A stretch of DNA of 64,000 bases from Candidatus Acidiferrales bacterium (GTDB lineage: Bacteria > Acidobacteriota > Terriglobia > Acidiferrales > UBA7541), in assembly GCA_963783955.1 (NCBI GenBank), contig CAWAPN010000010.1:13779-77778 (forward strand), read 5' to 3'. Positions within the stretch are counted from its first letter, which is position 1. Each line of letters opens with the position of its first letter. This document shows positions 42,649 to 53,531 of the stretch, one piece after another. A program made the position numbers and the translations under genes. The notes below the pieces were generated by a model. The model searched no databases. It was not told the origin of the DNA and saw only the letters and a list, made by a program, of their open reading frames with translations.

Positions 42649-45063
42649 CTACCGGCTCTTCGCTTCCCCGCGCAAAACCTCTCCCACCGCTCGCAAAATC
42701 GCCGCTCGGCTGAACGGTTTGGTCAGCAATCTTACCGCTGGATCGGCATCCGCCATTTCCATCGCCGCGTGCTCGCTGTAGCCGGACATGAATACTACGC
42801 ACATCCCCGGATGTTCCGACTGCAGCTTCACGGCAAGTTCCTGCCCCGTCATTCCAGGCATAACCATGTCCGTCACTAACAATTGAATGCCGCCACGATG
42901 CCGCGCCGCCAAAGCGATCGCCTCCGCGCCGTCCTTCGCCTCGATCACGCGGTATCCGCCGGACTCCAGAAACTCCCTCGCGATTTCCCGCACATCTTGC
43001 TCGTCTTCGGTCAGGAGCACAGTCTCTGTCCCCACCGGCAGTTCCAGGAACTTGTGCGGCGCCCCGATGTGGTCTTCCGGCTGGTCTAGCCGCGGCAAGT
43101 AAACCTTGAAAGACGTCCCTTTTCCAAGTTCGCTGTACACCCAGATGAATCCCCCGCTCTGCTTCACAATGCCATACACGGTGGCAAGGCCCAGGCCCGT
43201 TCCCTTTCCTTTTTCTTTTGTCGTGAAAAATGGCTCGAAGATGTGCGCCTGCGTTTCCGCGTCCATTCCTGTCCCGCTGTCGGTAACCACAAGCTGTATA
43301 TAAGGTCCGGCTTTCATCAGCGGATGGCTTGCCAGGTACCCGTGATCGAGCTCCGCGTTCGCCGCTTCGATCACCAGCTTGCCGCCATTGGGCATCGCAT
43401 CCCGCGCGTTCACTGCCAGGTTCATGATCACCTGTTCCATCTGGCTCGCGTCCGCCCTCACCGTTCCGAGCTCGTCGTTCGTGCGAATCAGCAACTCAAT
43501 ATCTTCACCGATCAAGCGTGGCAACAGTTTGCCCATCTCCTCGATGATCGTGTTCAGATTGATGACCTGCGGCTGCAAAACCTGCATGCGGCTGAACGCC
43601 AGCAATTGCCGTGTCAGCGCCGTTGCACGGTCCGCCGAGCGGTCGATCTGCTCGATCTTGCGCGCAATTTGTTCGGAGGGATCCAGCGCGCTTAGCAGCA
43701 GTTCGGTATGCCCCTTGATCACCATGAGCAGATTGTTGAAATCGTGCGCAACGCCTCCGGCGAGTCTTCCGACCGCTTCCATCTTCTGCGCCTGCCGTAA
43801 CTGGCTTTCCAGCAGCCTCCGCTCGCTAATGTCTTGCGCTACCACCAACCGCACGCGTTTCCCGGCGTAATTCAGCTCATGAGAAATGACTTCCACTTCG
43901 AACGTCCGGCCTCCCTTGGCCTGATGCAGCCAAAATTCGTGCTCCTCCGCGTCCGCTCCGAGCTCTTTCATGTAGGCGAGGGCCTTCGCCCGTTGTTCCT
44001 CTGGCCGGATATTCAGCACACTCATGCGTTCGAATTCCGTCGCGGTATAACCGTACAGATCCATCGCTGCCTGATTCACTTCCAGGAATCTGCAGGAATC
44101 GATCTCATACAGCCAGGTCGGCAACGGATTGTATTCAAACAGCAACCGCAGCATGGACTCGTTTTTGCGTAGCTCTTCCTCCGCGCGGCGGCGCTCGATC
44201 GCCAGGGCGATGTGGCCGCCCACGGACTCCAGAAACTCCAGGTCGCGCAGGTCGTACGCGTTTTCGTTTTGGTAGTGCTGCACGACCAGCACGCCAATCG
44301 TGGCCGTCGGCGTCTTCAATGGCACGCCGAGCCATGCTGGCGAAGGAGATCCCACCAGCTCTACCTCTCCGATGCCGGCAAGCCGGTCGAATTCGCTCTG
44401 CGGAATCAGGCTGGCCCGCCCGGTCCGAAACACGTAAGCCGTGCAACTCCTACCCACTTTTTGCGGAGGCGGAGCCGTATCGTATTCATCCACGAGAAAA
44501 GGAAAATAAAACGTGTCGTTTTCGGGATCGTGTAGAGCGACGAAGCAGTTTTCCGCGGGCAAGATCCTCTTCAACGAACCGTGAATACGCGTCAGCAACT
44601 GGTCAAGATTCGCGGTCGCATTCATGGCATGCACAATCTCGGAATTCACCGCGCGCTCGGACTCCATGCGATAGAGGTCCGTCACGTCGTTTGCATGAAA
44701 CAGAATTCCTTCCAGGCCCGCTTCGTCCATGCGGTTTCGCAAGGTGTACTGTATCCATTTCCAGGAGCCGTCCCGGCAACGGAACCGGCAGCGTTCCGGC
44801 ACAATGGTGCCCTGCTTCCGCACCGTTTTTTTCAAACGCTCGCGCACATCGTCCACATCCAGTGCGTGCACCAGCGCGTGAATGCTCCGCCCCAGCAAAT
44901 CCTCCTGGCGGTAGCCCAGCACGTTTTGAAATGTCGCGTTTGCGAAATGAACGGTGCCATCCTGTCCAAGGATGGCGATCAATTCCTGCGTAGAGTCCAG
45001 CAAAATCGCAAGCTGTTGAGCCCCGAGAGCGATCCCAGGCTCGGAAACGGTTCGTTGTGCCAT
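42649..45063 (-). CDS. Hybrid sensor histidine kinase (PAS-GAF-PAS-HisKA-HATPase-receiver)
   Basis: 804-aa ORF. H-box GVAHDFNNLLMVIKGHTELL. N/G boxes NLAVNARDAM and DSGTGMD...GTGLGLATVYGIV. C-terminal receiver VLLTEDE...LVTDMVMPGM...FMSGY...LTKPF. Confidence 0.9.
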   Translation of the reverse strand: MAQRTVSEPGIALGAQQLAILLDSTQELIAILGQDGTVHFANATFQNVLGYRQEDLLGRSIHALVHALDVDDVRERLKKTVRKQGTIVPERCRFRCRDGSWKWIQYTLRNRMDEAGLEGILFHANDVTDLYRMESERAVNSEIVHAMNATANLDQLLTRIHGSLKRILPAENCFVALHDPENDTFYFPFLVDEYDTAPPPQKVGRSCTAYVFRTGRASLIPQSEFDRLAGIGEVELVGSPSPAWLGVPLKTPTATIGVLVVQHYQNENAYDLRDLEFLESVGGHIALAIERRRAEEELRKNESMLRLLFEYNPLPTWLYEIDSCRFLEVNQAAMDLYGYTATEFERMSVLNIRPEEQRAKALAYMKELGADAEEHEFWLHQAKGGRTFEVEVISHELNYAGKRVRLVVAQDISERRLLESQLRQAQKMEAVGRLAGGVAHDFNNLLMVIKGHTELLLSALDPSEQIARKIEQIDRSADRATALTRQLLAFSRMQVLQPQVINLNTIIEEMGKLLPRLIGEDIELLIRTNDELGTVRADASQMEQVIMNLAVNARDAMPNGGKLVIEAANAELDHGYLASHPLMKAGPYIQLVVTDSGTGMDAETQAHIFEPFFTTKEKGKGTGLGLATVYGIVKQSGGFIWVYSELGKGTSFKVYLPRLDQPEDHIGAPHKFLELPVGTETVLLTEDEQDVREIAREFLESGGYRVIEAKDGAEAIALAARHRGGIQLLVTDMVMPGMTGQELAVKLQSEHPGMCVVFMSGYSEHAAMEMADADPAVRLLTKPFSRAAILRAVGEVLRGEAKSR

Positions 45064-45366
45064 CGATTTGCGCTTCGCACCGGGCGGGCGAGCAAACTTC
45101 CGCCGAGGGGACGTTCGGAAGCCTCCTGAACTCTAGATGCCAGTTTCAATCGATCACGAACAGGTAAACCTGTTCCCACAATATTGAAAAATTGCCCTAG
45201 CGTAAATCAGCACTCCAGTCGGAGTTGCGAAAACATGACTGTCCTTTGGTACAGGTGCGCCGGACGCCCGCCCTTCAGACCCATCTCGCGGCATGCTACT
45301 CTTTGTACCAACAGCGCTCCGGCTGGCTTGAAAATCGGAACCACCGACCTCGGGAGGCACCGCGCC

Positions 45367-45954
45367 ATGCACGATATGTGGAAAGACATGTTTGTGGTTT
45401 CTCTGCCCATCCTCGAGAAACTTATCCGACCGGTAATCGTTTACCTCTTTCTGGTCGTTATGCTGCGGCTTTCCGGAAAACGCGAACTCGTGCAGCTGAA
45501 TCCTTTCGATTTGGTGGTCTTGCTCACCCTGTCCAACACCGTCCAGAACGCCATCATCGGCGATGACAATTCCGTCACGGGCGGTCTGATTGGCGCCACT
45601 TCGCTGCTCGCGACGAACTACCTCGTGGTCCGCTTTCTCTACGGTCACAAAAAACTGGATGAACTGGTGGAGGGCAAGGCCGATATTCTCGTGCTCGAGG
45701 GCAAAGTTCGCACGGAACACCTCAAGCGCGAACTCATCACCATGGCGCAACTGGAGGCCGCCGCGCGCAAGCAGGGCTTCGCTTCGCTATCGGAAGTCGA
45801 TCAGTGCATTCTGGAACCGGGCGGCACGCTGTCGTTCCTAGCCAGAAAACCGGATACGGAAGCCCTGCGCCACCAGGAACTTCTTTCCGGCATGCAGCAA
45901 CTGCGTGACGAGATCAACGCGCTACGCTCCACGCCCCCTCCGTCGGTAGCCTGA
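45367..45954 (+). CDS. DUF421 (YetF-like) membrane protein
   Basis: Start at MHDMWKDMFVV. LRLSGKRELVQLNPFDLVVLLTLSNTVQNAIIG matches my recollection of the DUF421/YetF family. Confidence 0.6.
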   Translation: MHDMWKDMFVVSLPILEKLIRPVIVYLFLVVMLRLSGKRELVQLNPFDLVVLLTLSNTVQNAIIGDDNSVTGGLIGATSLLATNYLVVRFLYGHKKLDELVEGKADILVLEGKVRTEHLKRELITMAQLEAAARKQGFASLSEVDQCILEPGGTLSFLARKPDTEALRHQELLSGMQQLRDEINALRSTPPPSVA

Positions 45955-46048
45955 GCGCGAATTCATTTCAGATGAAGGAACCTTGAAAGACCCTCTTTGT
46001 AGGGACCGCTGCCGGGCGGTCCTACCGCAGCATCGAGAAAACTCGCCA

Positions 46049-46589
46049 TCAGCGCAGCAGCAACCCACTCACCGTCACAACCAAACCGACGAGACCGAGC
46101 GCGATCCCCGAAATCCAAAACACCCTCTTCTTCGTCAACAATGTCAGCGAACAAATGATCAGGGCAATTTCCAATATCACTTCTCCCGCGTCGTACCGGT
46201 CTTCCCGCCCGCCGGCCGCATCCCGTTCCGCCTCGAGCTTCTTCGCCTCCTCGGCGGTTTCCTCCTTTTCTTTGTCGTAGCGCTCTCCTTCCTTCTGATA
46301 TTTTTCGCCTAACGCTTGTGCCTTCTCTTTGTCCGCGGAACTGAGTGTCGCAAGGATGTCGGCCACGCTCTGCATCTCACGGGACCGGATATTCTTTGCT
46401 TGAAACAGGGACCACTGATCACTCGCCTCGGTTTGCAGAATCAACTCTTCCGTGGCGGCCCGGTGCCCGAGCAAACGTGGCAATCGCCACAAGCACTGCC
46501 AGAATCGAGAGCGTCAGCGCGACCGGCATCATCAACGGATTGTCTCCGTGATGCTCCTCGGCCTCCTGCGTTTCCATCACTTCGTGCAT
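46049..46589 (-). pseudogene. DUF4337-like membrane protein gene with a +1 frameshift in a T/A run
   Basis: The upstream frame reads MHEVMETQEAEEHHGDNPLMMPVALTLSILAVLVAIAT. The track ORF frame continues LLGHRAATEELILQTEASDQWSLFQAKNIRS... Removing one base of the AAA at 46473-46475 joins them into one protein. Confidence 0.6.
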
Positions 46590-46732
46590 CCGCGGTTGTC
46601 CTCTTCAAAAACTGCTTTACGCGTGCTCAGAAGACGACCCGGTCATTCCGAGGGCGTAGTCTGCCCGAGGAACCTGCTTTTTTCCTTACATACTTCAGTG
46701 AACGGCAACCACCAGCCACTTCTGCTCAGCCC

Positions 46733-48061
46733 CTAACCAGTCGCCTGCGCGGAAATCGCTCTCAACGCATCGCTCGCGGCAACAATCGTCCGGTCAATGT
46801 CTCCGCTCGTGTGTGCCGCCGACACGAACGCCGCTTCGAATTGCGACGGCGCGAGAAATATACCGCGGTGCAGCATCTCCCGGAAGAACCGCCCGTACAG
46901 CTTCGTATCCGACCGCTTTGCATCACCATAATGACTCACCGCTTGCGGGGCAAAAAAGATCGTCGACAGCGAGGCAATACCATTCACCTGCGCCACAATC
47001 CCAGCATCGGAAAGCGCTTTCCCTAAGCCCGCCACAAGCTTCTTTGCCAGTTCATCGACCGCCTCGTAGATTCCGGGCTTGCTCAATTCCTTCAGCGTCG
47101 CAATCCCCGCGCTCATCGCCAGCGGATTGCCCGCCAGTGTTCCCGCCTGGTAAACCGGACCAAGCGGCGCGACATGATTCATCAGCTCCGCGCGCCCGGC
47201 ATAGGCCGCCACCGGAACTCCTCCACCAATAATCTTCCCCAACGTGGTCAGGTCGCCCTCGACCCCGAAAACCTCCTGCGCCGAGCCGTACTTCAGCCGG
47301 AATCCCGTGATGACTTCGTCGATAATCAGCAGCGCGCCGTCCTTGCGCGTAATTTCGCGCAACCCCTTCAAGAAGCCCTCCTTCGGCAACACCACCCCCA
47401 TGTTCGCCGCCACAGGCTCCACAATCACTGACGCGATTTTTCCCCTGTGCTCCGCGAACAATCGTTCTACTGCGGCGAGATCGTTGTACGGCGCGTTCAA
47501 TGTCAGCGCCGCCAGCGCCTGCGGCACGCCGGGACATTCCGCGATTCCCAATGTCGCCAGACCAGAACCTGCCTGCGAAAGAAAACTATCCGCGTGCCCG
47601 TGATATCCACCTTCGAACTTCACGATCAAATCGCGTTTCGTCACACCTCGCGCCAGGCGCACCGCGCTCATCGTCGCTTCCGTGCCGCTGGACACAAACC
47701 GGATTTTCTCAAGAAACGGAATCGCGTTGCGAATCAGCGTCGCCAGTTGCAATTCGAGTTCCGTTGTCACTCCAAAACTCGTTCCTTTCCGCGCCTGCTC
47801 CACAATCGCCGCCGTCACCGACGGATGTGCGTGTCCGAGCAACATCGCTCCCCACGAACACACATAATCCAGCAGCATATTTCCATCGGCGTCATAAAGG
47901 TGTTGCCCGCTTCCCTTCTCAATGACGAGCGGCTCGCCACCCACAGACCGGAACGCCCGCACGGGGCTGTTCACGCCGCCCACAAGCACCCTCTCTGCCT
48001 GCTCGTATATTTCTCGCGATCGCTTCCGCTCCGCTCTCGCCGCCACCGGCCCTTGACTCAT
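46733..48061 (-). CDS. hemL: Glutamate-1-semialdehyde 2,1-aminomutase
   Basis: Start at MSQGPVAA. GGVNSPVRAFRSVGG, and the PLP-lysine region DLTTLGKIIGGG. Full-length class-III aminotransferase. Confidence 0.9.
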   Translation of the reverse strand: MSQGPVAARAERKRSREIYEQAERVLVGGVNSPVRAFRSVGGEPLVIEKGSGQHLYDADGNMLLDYVCSWGAMLLGHAHPSVTAAIVEQARKGTSFGVTTELELQLATLIRNAIPFLEKIRFVSSGTEATMSAVRLARGVTKRDLIVKFEGGYHGHADSFLSQAGSGLATLGIAECPGVPQALAALTLNAPYNDLAAVERLFAEHRGKIASVIVEPVAANMGVVLPKEGFLKGLREITRKDGALLIIDEVITGFRLKYGSAQEVFGVEGDLTTLGKIIGGGVPVAAYAGRAELMNHVAPLGPVYQAGTLAGNPLAMSAGIATLKELSKPGIYEAVDELAKKLVAGLGKALSDAGIVAQVNGIASLSTIFFAPQAVSHYGDAKRSDTKLYGRFFREMLHRGIFLAPSQFEAAFVSAAHTSGDIDRTIVAASDALRAISAQATG

Positions 48062-48369
48062 GTCCTCACCCAAAAACAAATCTGCCTCTTCTCGTTGTCG
48101 GCATCGCCTTCCACTTGCCCTGCGCTCTGAAGGGAGGCGGTCCTCCGCTGCCACAAGCCCAGAACGATCTAGCCACTCTGATCCGCAAGCAACCCTGCCC
48201 ATTCCACCAGCAGAGTCTGACACCGCTCGTGAACTGTGCTAGCACCAATGGTGCTTGGCACACGGAGTCGCAGCTTCAGCTCCGACAGTATAGTCGGCAA
48301 CGCATCCATGTCTGAGGCCGCTCCACCCGGCTTCAGCGCGGATTCCGCGGTGTCGCGAATCACGAACCA

Positions 48370-49344
48370 TCATCCCTTCAACCACCGCGCCGCATCCTTC
48401 GCATGATACGTCAAAATAATCTCCGCCCCAGCCCTTTGAATCCCTCCCAAAATCTCCAGCACGATCTTCTTCTCATCGATCCATCGCTTCGCCGACGCAG
48501 CTTTCACCATCGAATACTCGCCGCTTACATTATAAGCAGCCAACGGAACGTGCACTTCCTCGCGCACGCGGCGGATCACATCCAAATAGGCCAGCGCCGG
48601 CTTCACCATAACAATATCTGCTCCCTCCTCCAGGTCCAGCCTCACTTCCTTCAGCGCCTCGCGCGCGTTCGCCGGATCCATCTGATAACTACGTCGGTCT
48701 CCGAATTGCGGCGCCGACTGCGCCGCCTCGCGAAACGGTCCGTAAAACCCGGAACAGTATTTCGCGGAATACGCCATGATCGCTACATTCTCAAATTTGT
48801 TTTGATCCAGCTTTGCGCGAATCGCTGCAACGCGCCCGTCCATCATGTCCGACGGCGCCACCAGATCGGCACCTGCCCGCGCATGAGAAAGCGCCTGCTC
48901 GCTCAAAATCTCGAGCGTAGCGTCGTTCATCACTTCGCCGTGATCGATCACTCCGCAGTGCCCGTGATCCGTGTACTCGCACAAGCACACATCCGTAATC
49001 ACCACTAAATCGAGTTTCGTTTTCTTGATTCCTTCGATGGCCCGCTGCACCACGCCGTCCGGCGTCAACGAGCTTTTCCCTCGAGGATCTTTGGCTTCCG
49101 GCAACCCAAACAAAATCACGCCCGGGATTCCCAGCGCCTCCACTTCCCTGCATTCCTCCACAATCTGATCGGCCGATTGCTGGTAAACGCCAGGCATGGA
49201 GCTGACTTCATTCCGCACCTTGCTGCCGGGGCAGACGAACATGGGATAAACGAATCCGGCGGCGCTCAAGCGATTTTCACGAACGAGCCCACGCAGTTTC
49301 TCGTCGCGTCGCAAACGCCTCGGCCGATGCAATGGAAAACTCAC
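48370..49344 (-). CDS. hemB: Porphobilinogen synthase (delta-aminolevulinate dehydratase)
   Basis: [32 protein letters not shown], and the Schiff-base lysine region [11 protein letters not shown]. Confidence 0.9.
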   Translation of the reverse strand: MSFPLHRPRRLRRDEKLRGLVRENRLSAAGFVYPMFVCPGSKVRNEVSSMPGVYQQSADQIVEECREVEALGIPGVILFGLPEAKDPRGKSSLTPDGVVQRAIEGIKKTKLDLVVITDVCLCEYTDHGHCGVIDHGEVMNDATLEILSEQALSHARAGADLVAPSDMMDGRVAAIRAKLDQNKFENVAIMAYSAKYCSGFYGPFREAAQSAPQFGDRRSYQMDPANAREALKEVRLDLEEGADIVMVKPALAYLDVIRRVREEVHVPLAAYNVSGEYSMVKAASAKRWIDEKKIVLEILGGIQRAGAEIILTYHAKDAARWLKG

Positions 49345-50171
49345 TTTGATTTTGCTCCTGCCGGCAGCTTCAATTCACTCGCCGCAAAATGATCCGCCAA
49401 CACCGCAAGCACCGCCCCAACGCTGGTATCCTTGGCCGCCTTCACGCGTTCCACCTGGGCATCGCGCAGACTCTGTTCCGTCACGGGGCCCACGGCTGCG
49501 AATAGCGTGCTCTTGGACAGAGCGAGAAATTCCTGATTCCCCAGAACTTCTTTCAAATGGTGCACGGCCGAAGGGCTGTAAAATAACACCGCGTCCGCTC
49601 CTTCTCTCAGCGTCGCCTCGGCTTTGGCCAAAACCTGTTCATCGGGCCGCACCGTTTTGTACGCAAGGATCTCCTTCACTCGAGCGCCCAATTGTTCCAG
49701 CCTTTCTACCAGTTCCGGGTTTGCCCGGTCGCTTCTCGGCAGCAGCACGCTCTTACCTCTGATTTCTTCTGCTAACTCCTCGGCAAGCGCCGTTCCCTCA
49801 TGCTTCACTGCAACGTATTCCACCTTCAGTCCCGCGCTCCTGGCCGCTTCCGCAGTCGCCGGTCCCACGGTCGCAACCCTGTTGGTCGGGTGCGCTACCC
49901 GCGCTAACGACATTCCCAGAATCTCGCTCCGTTCCTTTAACGCTCGCACCGCATTCTGACTGGTCAGGAACAGCCAATCGTACTGTTCCATGTGTCGAAT
50001 CGCCTCGTCCAGCAAACCGGGGTCGTCCGGAGACCCGAACGCCACCATTGGCGCAAGCAGAGGAACCGCGCCCCTCTCGCGCAGCGCTTTCACCAGCGCC
50101 TTACCCTGCTCCTCCGCGCGCGTCACCACAACGCGCTTGCCCTGCAACGAATTTGTCCGCTCCTCACCCAC
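49341..50171 (-). CDS. hemD: Uroporphyrinogen-III synthase
   Basis: 276-aa ORF between hemC and hemB, overlapping hemB by 4 nt and hemC by 8 nt. [32 protein letters not shown] is typical of HemD. Confidence 0.8.
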   Translation of the reverse strand: MGEERTNSLQGKRVVVTRAEEQGKALVKALRERGAVPLLAPMVAFGSPDDPGLLDEAIRHMEQYDWLFLTSQNAVRALKERSEILGMSLARVAHPTNRVATVGPATAEAARSAGLKVEYVAVKHEGTALAEELAEEIRGKSVLLPRSDRANPELVERLEQLGARVKEILAYKTVRPDEQVLAKAEATLREGADAVLFYSPSAVHHLKEVLGNQEFLALSKSTLFAAVGPVTEQSLRDAQVERVKAAKDTSVGAVLAVLADHFAASELKLPAGAKSK

Positions 50172-51090
50172 GGCTGCGGTTGACCTCTTCCAGAATGTTC
50201 CCCGCGCCGCCTTCGATCAGCATCTGAGCCATGCGCTGTCCTAATTCGGTAGCCTGCGCCGGCGGGGCCGTCGCTTTCTGCCGCACGTACTGCAACCCGT
50301 CCACCGAACAGACCACTGCCTCCATCACTAATTCTCCGCGCTCCATGCGCGCCCAAGCGCCCAGCGGTACTTGGCAGCCTCCGTGTAGCGCTCCCATCAG
50401 TGCCCGCTCCGCAATAATCACTGTCCGTGTCTCCTCATCATTCAATTTTCCCAGAATTTCCGCAGCATCCTGATCCTTCACGCGTGCTTGAATGGCAATC
50501 GCGCCCTGCCCCACCGCAGGCAAGGAAATTTCCGTCGACAATATCTCTGTAATTTTCTGGCTCAGACCCAACCGGTCGAGTCCTGCCTTCGAAACCACGA
50601 TTGCGTCATACTCCCCGCTATCCACTTTGCGCAAACGCGTGTCCACATTGCCTCGCAAATCGCGCATGTCCAGGTCCAACCGGTGATGCCGCAACTGCGC
50701 CTGGCGGCGCAAACTGCTCGTTCCCACGCGCGCTCCCCGCTTCAAATTCGCCAGCAGCGTGCCTTGATGTGACACCAAACAATCGCGCATGTCGTCACGC
50801 CGGCAAACGGCCGGAAAATGCAGTCGTCCGGGCGTGTCTGTCGGAATATCCTTCACGCTGTGCACCGCCACGTCCACCCTCTCCTCCAGCAACGCCTCTT
50901 CCAGTTCCTTGACAAAGATTCCCTTCCCTCCGATTTGCGGAACGGGAGCCTGCTGCATTTTATCGCCGGTTGTTTTGATGACCACGACTTCGGCTTCCAC
51001 GCCGGTGAGCTGAAAAAGCTGCTTACGCACAAACTCTGCCTGCCACAGCGCGAGCACGCTCCCGCGGCTGCCAATGCGCAGGTGCTTCAC
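50164..51090 (-). CDS. hemC: Hydroxymethylbilane synthase (porphobilinogen deaminase)
   Basis: The GTG at 51090 overlaps the hemA stop (GTGA). VKHLRIGSRGSVLALWQAEFV, GDKMQ, LRGNVDTRLRK, GGCQVPLGA. The 500-aa track ORF is an upstream extension running through hemA. Confidence 0.9.
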   Translation of the reverse strand: MKHLRIGSRGSVLALWQAEFVRKQLFQLTGVEAEVVVIKTTGDKMQQAPVPQIGGKGIFVKELEEALLEERVDVAVHSVKDIPTDTPGRLHFPAVCRRDDMRDCLVSHQGTLLANLKRGARVGTSSLRRQAQLRHHRLDLDMRDLRGNVDTRLRKVDSGEYDAIVVSKAGLDRLGLSQKITEILSTEISLPAVGQGAIAIQARVKDQDAAEILGKLNDEETRTVIIAERALMGALHGGCQVPLGAWARMERGELVMEAVVCSVDGLQYVRQKATAPPAQATELGQRMAQMLIEGGAGNILEEVNRSRG

Positions 51091-52364
51091 GAGTGATCCT
51101 TGTCGCCCAAGTACAGATCCCGAATCGCATCCACACTCTGAATTTTTTTTCGAAACTCTTTCTCCGCCCGCAAGCGCTCCGCCGGTTCGATCAACAATCT
51201 TTCGATCAGTTCGTCCATCAACACGCCAAGGTTTTCCCGATCCTCCGCCGCGAAACGCTCCGTGCCGTTCAGCTTTTGCTGCAAAAAAGCGACACGCTGT
51301 TCTTTCATCCGCTGCCGCAGGGTATCGAGCACCCCGATCAACTCCACGCTCGCTTGCCAGGAAATAAATTTCCCCAAGTGCTCTTCGACCAGCGCCTCGG
51401 CCTTTGGCACTTCGCTCCGCCGCGCTTCGCGATTTTGCTGTACAATCTCCGTCAGGTCTTCCATGGTGTAAAGATAGGTGTTGTAAAGTTCCGCCACATC
51501 CGGCGCAACGTTCCGTGGCAGGCCCAGGTCCATGACCAAGAGGGCGCGGTTGCCTCGCACCTCCATCGCGCGTTCCATCAACGCCTTCGTCAGCAACGGC
51601 TCCTCGACCGCAAGCGCCGACACAATCACATCGGGCAGCTTCAGCGCGGTCTCCCAGTCGCCCCACTCGACCACCGAAGCATAATATTGCTGCGCGAACT
51701 CCTCAGCTTTGCCCCGCGAGCGATTCGTCACATACAGCCTGCCGATATTTCGATCGCGCAATTGTGAAACCACCTGCTCACTGACGGTTCCCGCTCCTAA
51801 CACCAAGGCGCTACGATCATTCAGCTTCCCAAAAATGCGTTCAGCCAATTTCATTCCCGCCGACGCCACGCCCATCGGCCTCGACCCCAACTCCGTCTCC
51901 GCTCGCACGCGCTTTCCGACTTCGAGCGCCGCTTGAAACAAGCGGTTCAGAACCGGGCCGGTTGCGCGTCCGTCGTGCGCCCGCAGGTACGCCTCCCGCA
52001 CTTGGCCCAGAATTTCCGCTTCCCCCAACATCATCGACTCAAGGCCAGCGGATACCCGGAACAAGTGCCGCACCACGTCATGATCGTAATGATGGTAGAG
52101 CGAAGGATTCAGTACATCCGGCTTCAACTCGTGAAATTTGCTCAGGTACGAGGAAAGCGCCGCGGCCGATTCCCGATTCCCCGTCGGGTTCACGCCGTAC
52201 ACTTCGCTGCGATTGCACGTCGACAGCACCAGGGTCTCTTCCAGAATTCCGCGGGAACGCAATTCCTCCGAAGCTCGCAGCGCCTGCTCGTTCGAAAACG
52301 ACACCTTCTCCCGTACTTCCACGGGTGCCGTCCGGAAATTCAGGCCAACTAGGACAATCTCCAT
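51087..52364 (-). CDS. hemA: Glutamyl-tRNA reductase
   Basis: VGLNFRTAPVEVREKV, the active-site block LSTCNRSEVY, and the NADPH site VLGAGTVSEQV. Confidence 0.9.
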   Translation of the reverse strand: MEIVLVGLNFRTAPVEVREKVSFSNEQALRASEELRSRGILEETLVLSTCNRSEVYGVNPTGNRESAAALSSYLSKFHELKPDVLNPSLYHHYDHDVVRHLFRVSAGLESMMLGEAEILGQVREAYLRAHDGRATGPVLNRLFQAALEVGKRVRAETELGSRPMGVASAGMKLAERIFGKLNDRSALVLGAGTVSEQVVSQLRDRNIGRLYVTNRSRGKAEEFAQQYYASVVEWGDWETALKLPDVIVSALAVEEPLLTKALMERAMEVRGNRALLVMDLGLPRNVAPDVAELYNTYLYTMEDLTEIVQQNREARRSEVPKAEALVEEHLGKFISWQASVELIGVLDTLRQRMKEQRVAFLQQKLNGTERFAAEDRENLGVLMDELIERLLIEPAERLRAEKEFRKKIQSVDAIRDLYLGDKDHS

Positions 52365-52381
52365 GCTGCGTTCGCCCGCTC

Positions 52382-53194
52382 CTAAAAATACCGGTGATGC
52401 TGCGTCAGAAAGAGGTTCACCACCGTAAAACTCAGCACCACCAGGACAAAATTAAAGACACAGAGCTTGGACGCCCTCGCCCCTCGCCATGCGGCCGTGC
52501 GCGCCAGCCGGAAATAAGCTAAGTACAAGAGCAATACAATCAGCGTCACCACATATTTCGGATCAAAGTACGCCGCTTGCCCTGGCTGCCGGTCCACCGT
52601 CAGGTAGCCAAGCGCGGTTCCTGCCGAAATCGTGATCAGCCCCAGCAGCACGCTCGTATGGCTCATCCGTTCCAACAATTCCAACGAAGGCAATCGCCAC
52701 ACGACGTCACCGAGTTTCCGGATCCGCAAAAGCCGCTCCTCCACTAGGTACATGAGGCTGAGAACGCAGGAAAGTGCGAACGCGGCATACGCCAGAATGC
52801 TCAACGTCACGTGTAGCGCAAAAACGGTTCCGTGAGCCGCTCCGGGAGGCGCGGGATTGTCAGGTACGAGATAGGCGGTGAAGAAAAACGCCAGGATGAG
52901 CGGCAGAACCAAGGCTCCGACGGTCCGCTGCCGGTGATAAATCTCCAGGCATAAGTAGGTCACCGCCAGCAGCCAGCCAAACAGCGACATCGACCCTTGC
53001 AGGTCGTGATACGGGACCGTGTGCGTCCCCTTCGCTCGCAACCACAGCACCAGGTAATGTGCCACTAAACCGAGAAGCATCAGCGCAGTAGCGAGTCGCC
53101 CGGTCGCTTCCCTACCGGTCTTCAAAAAGCGGATATAGAGCACCATGCTCAGCAGGTACGCCACCACAGTGCAGGTAACGGCAGTTTGGCTCAT
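52382..53194 (-). CDS. Cytochrome c assembly family (CcsA/HemX-like) membrane protein
   Basis: 270-aa ORF with about 8 TM segments, directly upstream of hemA as in hemAX-type operons. The family call rests on position and topology. Confidence 0.55.
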   Translation of the reverse strand: MSQTAVTCTVVAYLLSMVLYIRFLKTGREATGRLATALMLLGLVAHYLVLWLRAKGTHTVPYHDLQGSMSLFGWLLAVTYLCLEIYHRQRTVGALVLPLILAFFFTAYLVPDNPAPPGAAHGTVFALHVTLSILAYAAFALSCVLSLMYLVEERLLRIRKLGDVVWRLPSLELLERMSHTSVLLGLITISAGTALGYLTVDRQPGQAAYFDPKYVVTLIVLLLYLAYFRLARTAAWRGARASKLCVFNFVLVVLSFTVVNLFLTQHHRYF

Positions 53195-53531
53195 CGGCTA
53201 TGTCCACGCCGATCTGGGAAAAGCGGGAGAGCGCCCTGACCCAGTTTGCGCGTCGATTTGCCGAGTATACCGCACTCCACACGCCCACCACAGTGCGCCC
53301 TTAGACAAACGCCCGCTACAGGTTCGGGCAAGCTCAGCAAGTACGGAGGAGTCCGTCGGTAGCCTTCCTGGCGACAAGCGCAAACCATTTCTGAGCAACC
53401 TCGTGGTTATTCTGAGCTTCGCAGATGTGCGCCCCATGCCGCACAATCCACGCGTCTTGCCGAGATCACCCTTCTCTTGCCGCCACACAGGCAAGAATCC
53501 TGCCGATTTGCTATCCTGCTCCCATTCGTCT

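Noticed and set aside
51091-51666. N-terminal 190 aa of the 500-aa hemC track ORF
   Set aside because: This part overlaps hemA in another frame and has Arg/Gly-rich junk composition. The conserved HemC N-terminus (VKHLRIGSRGS) begins at the GTG that overlaps the hemA stop.
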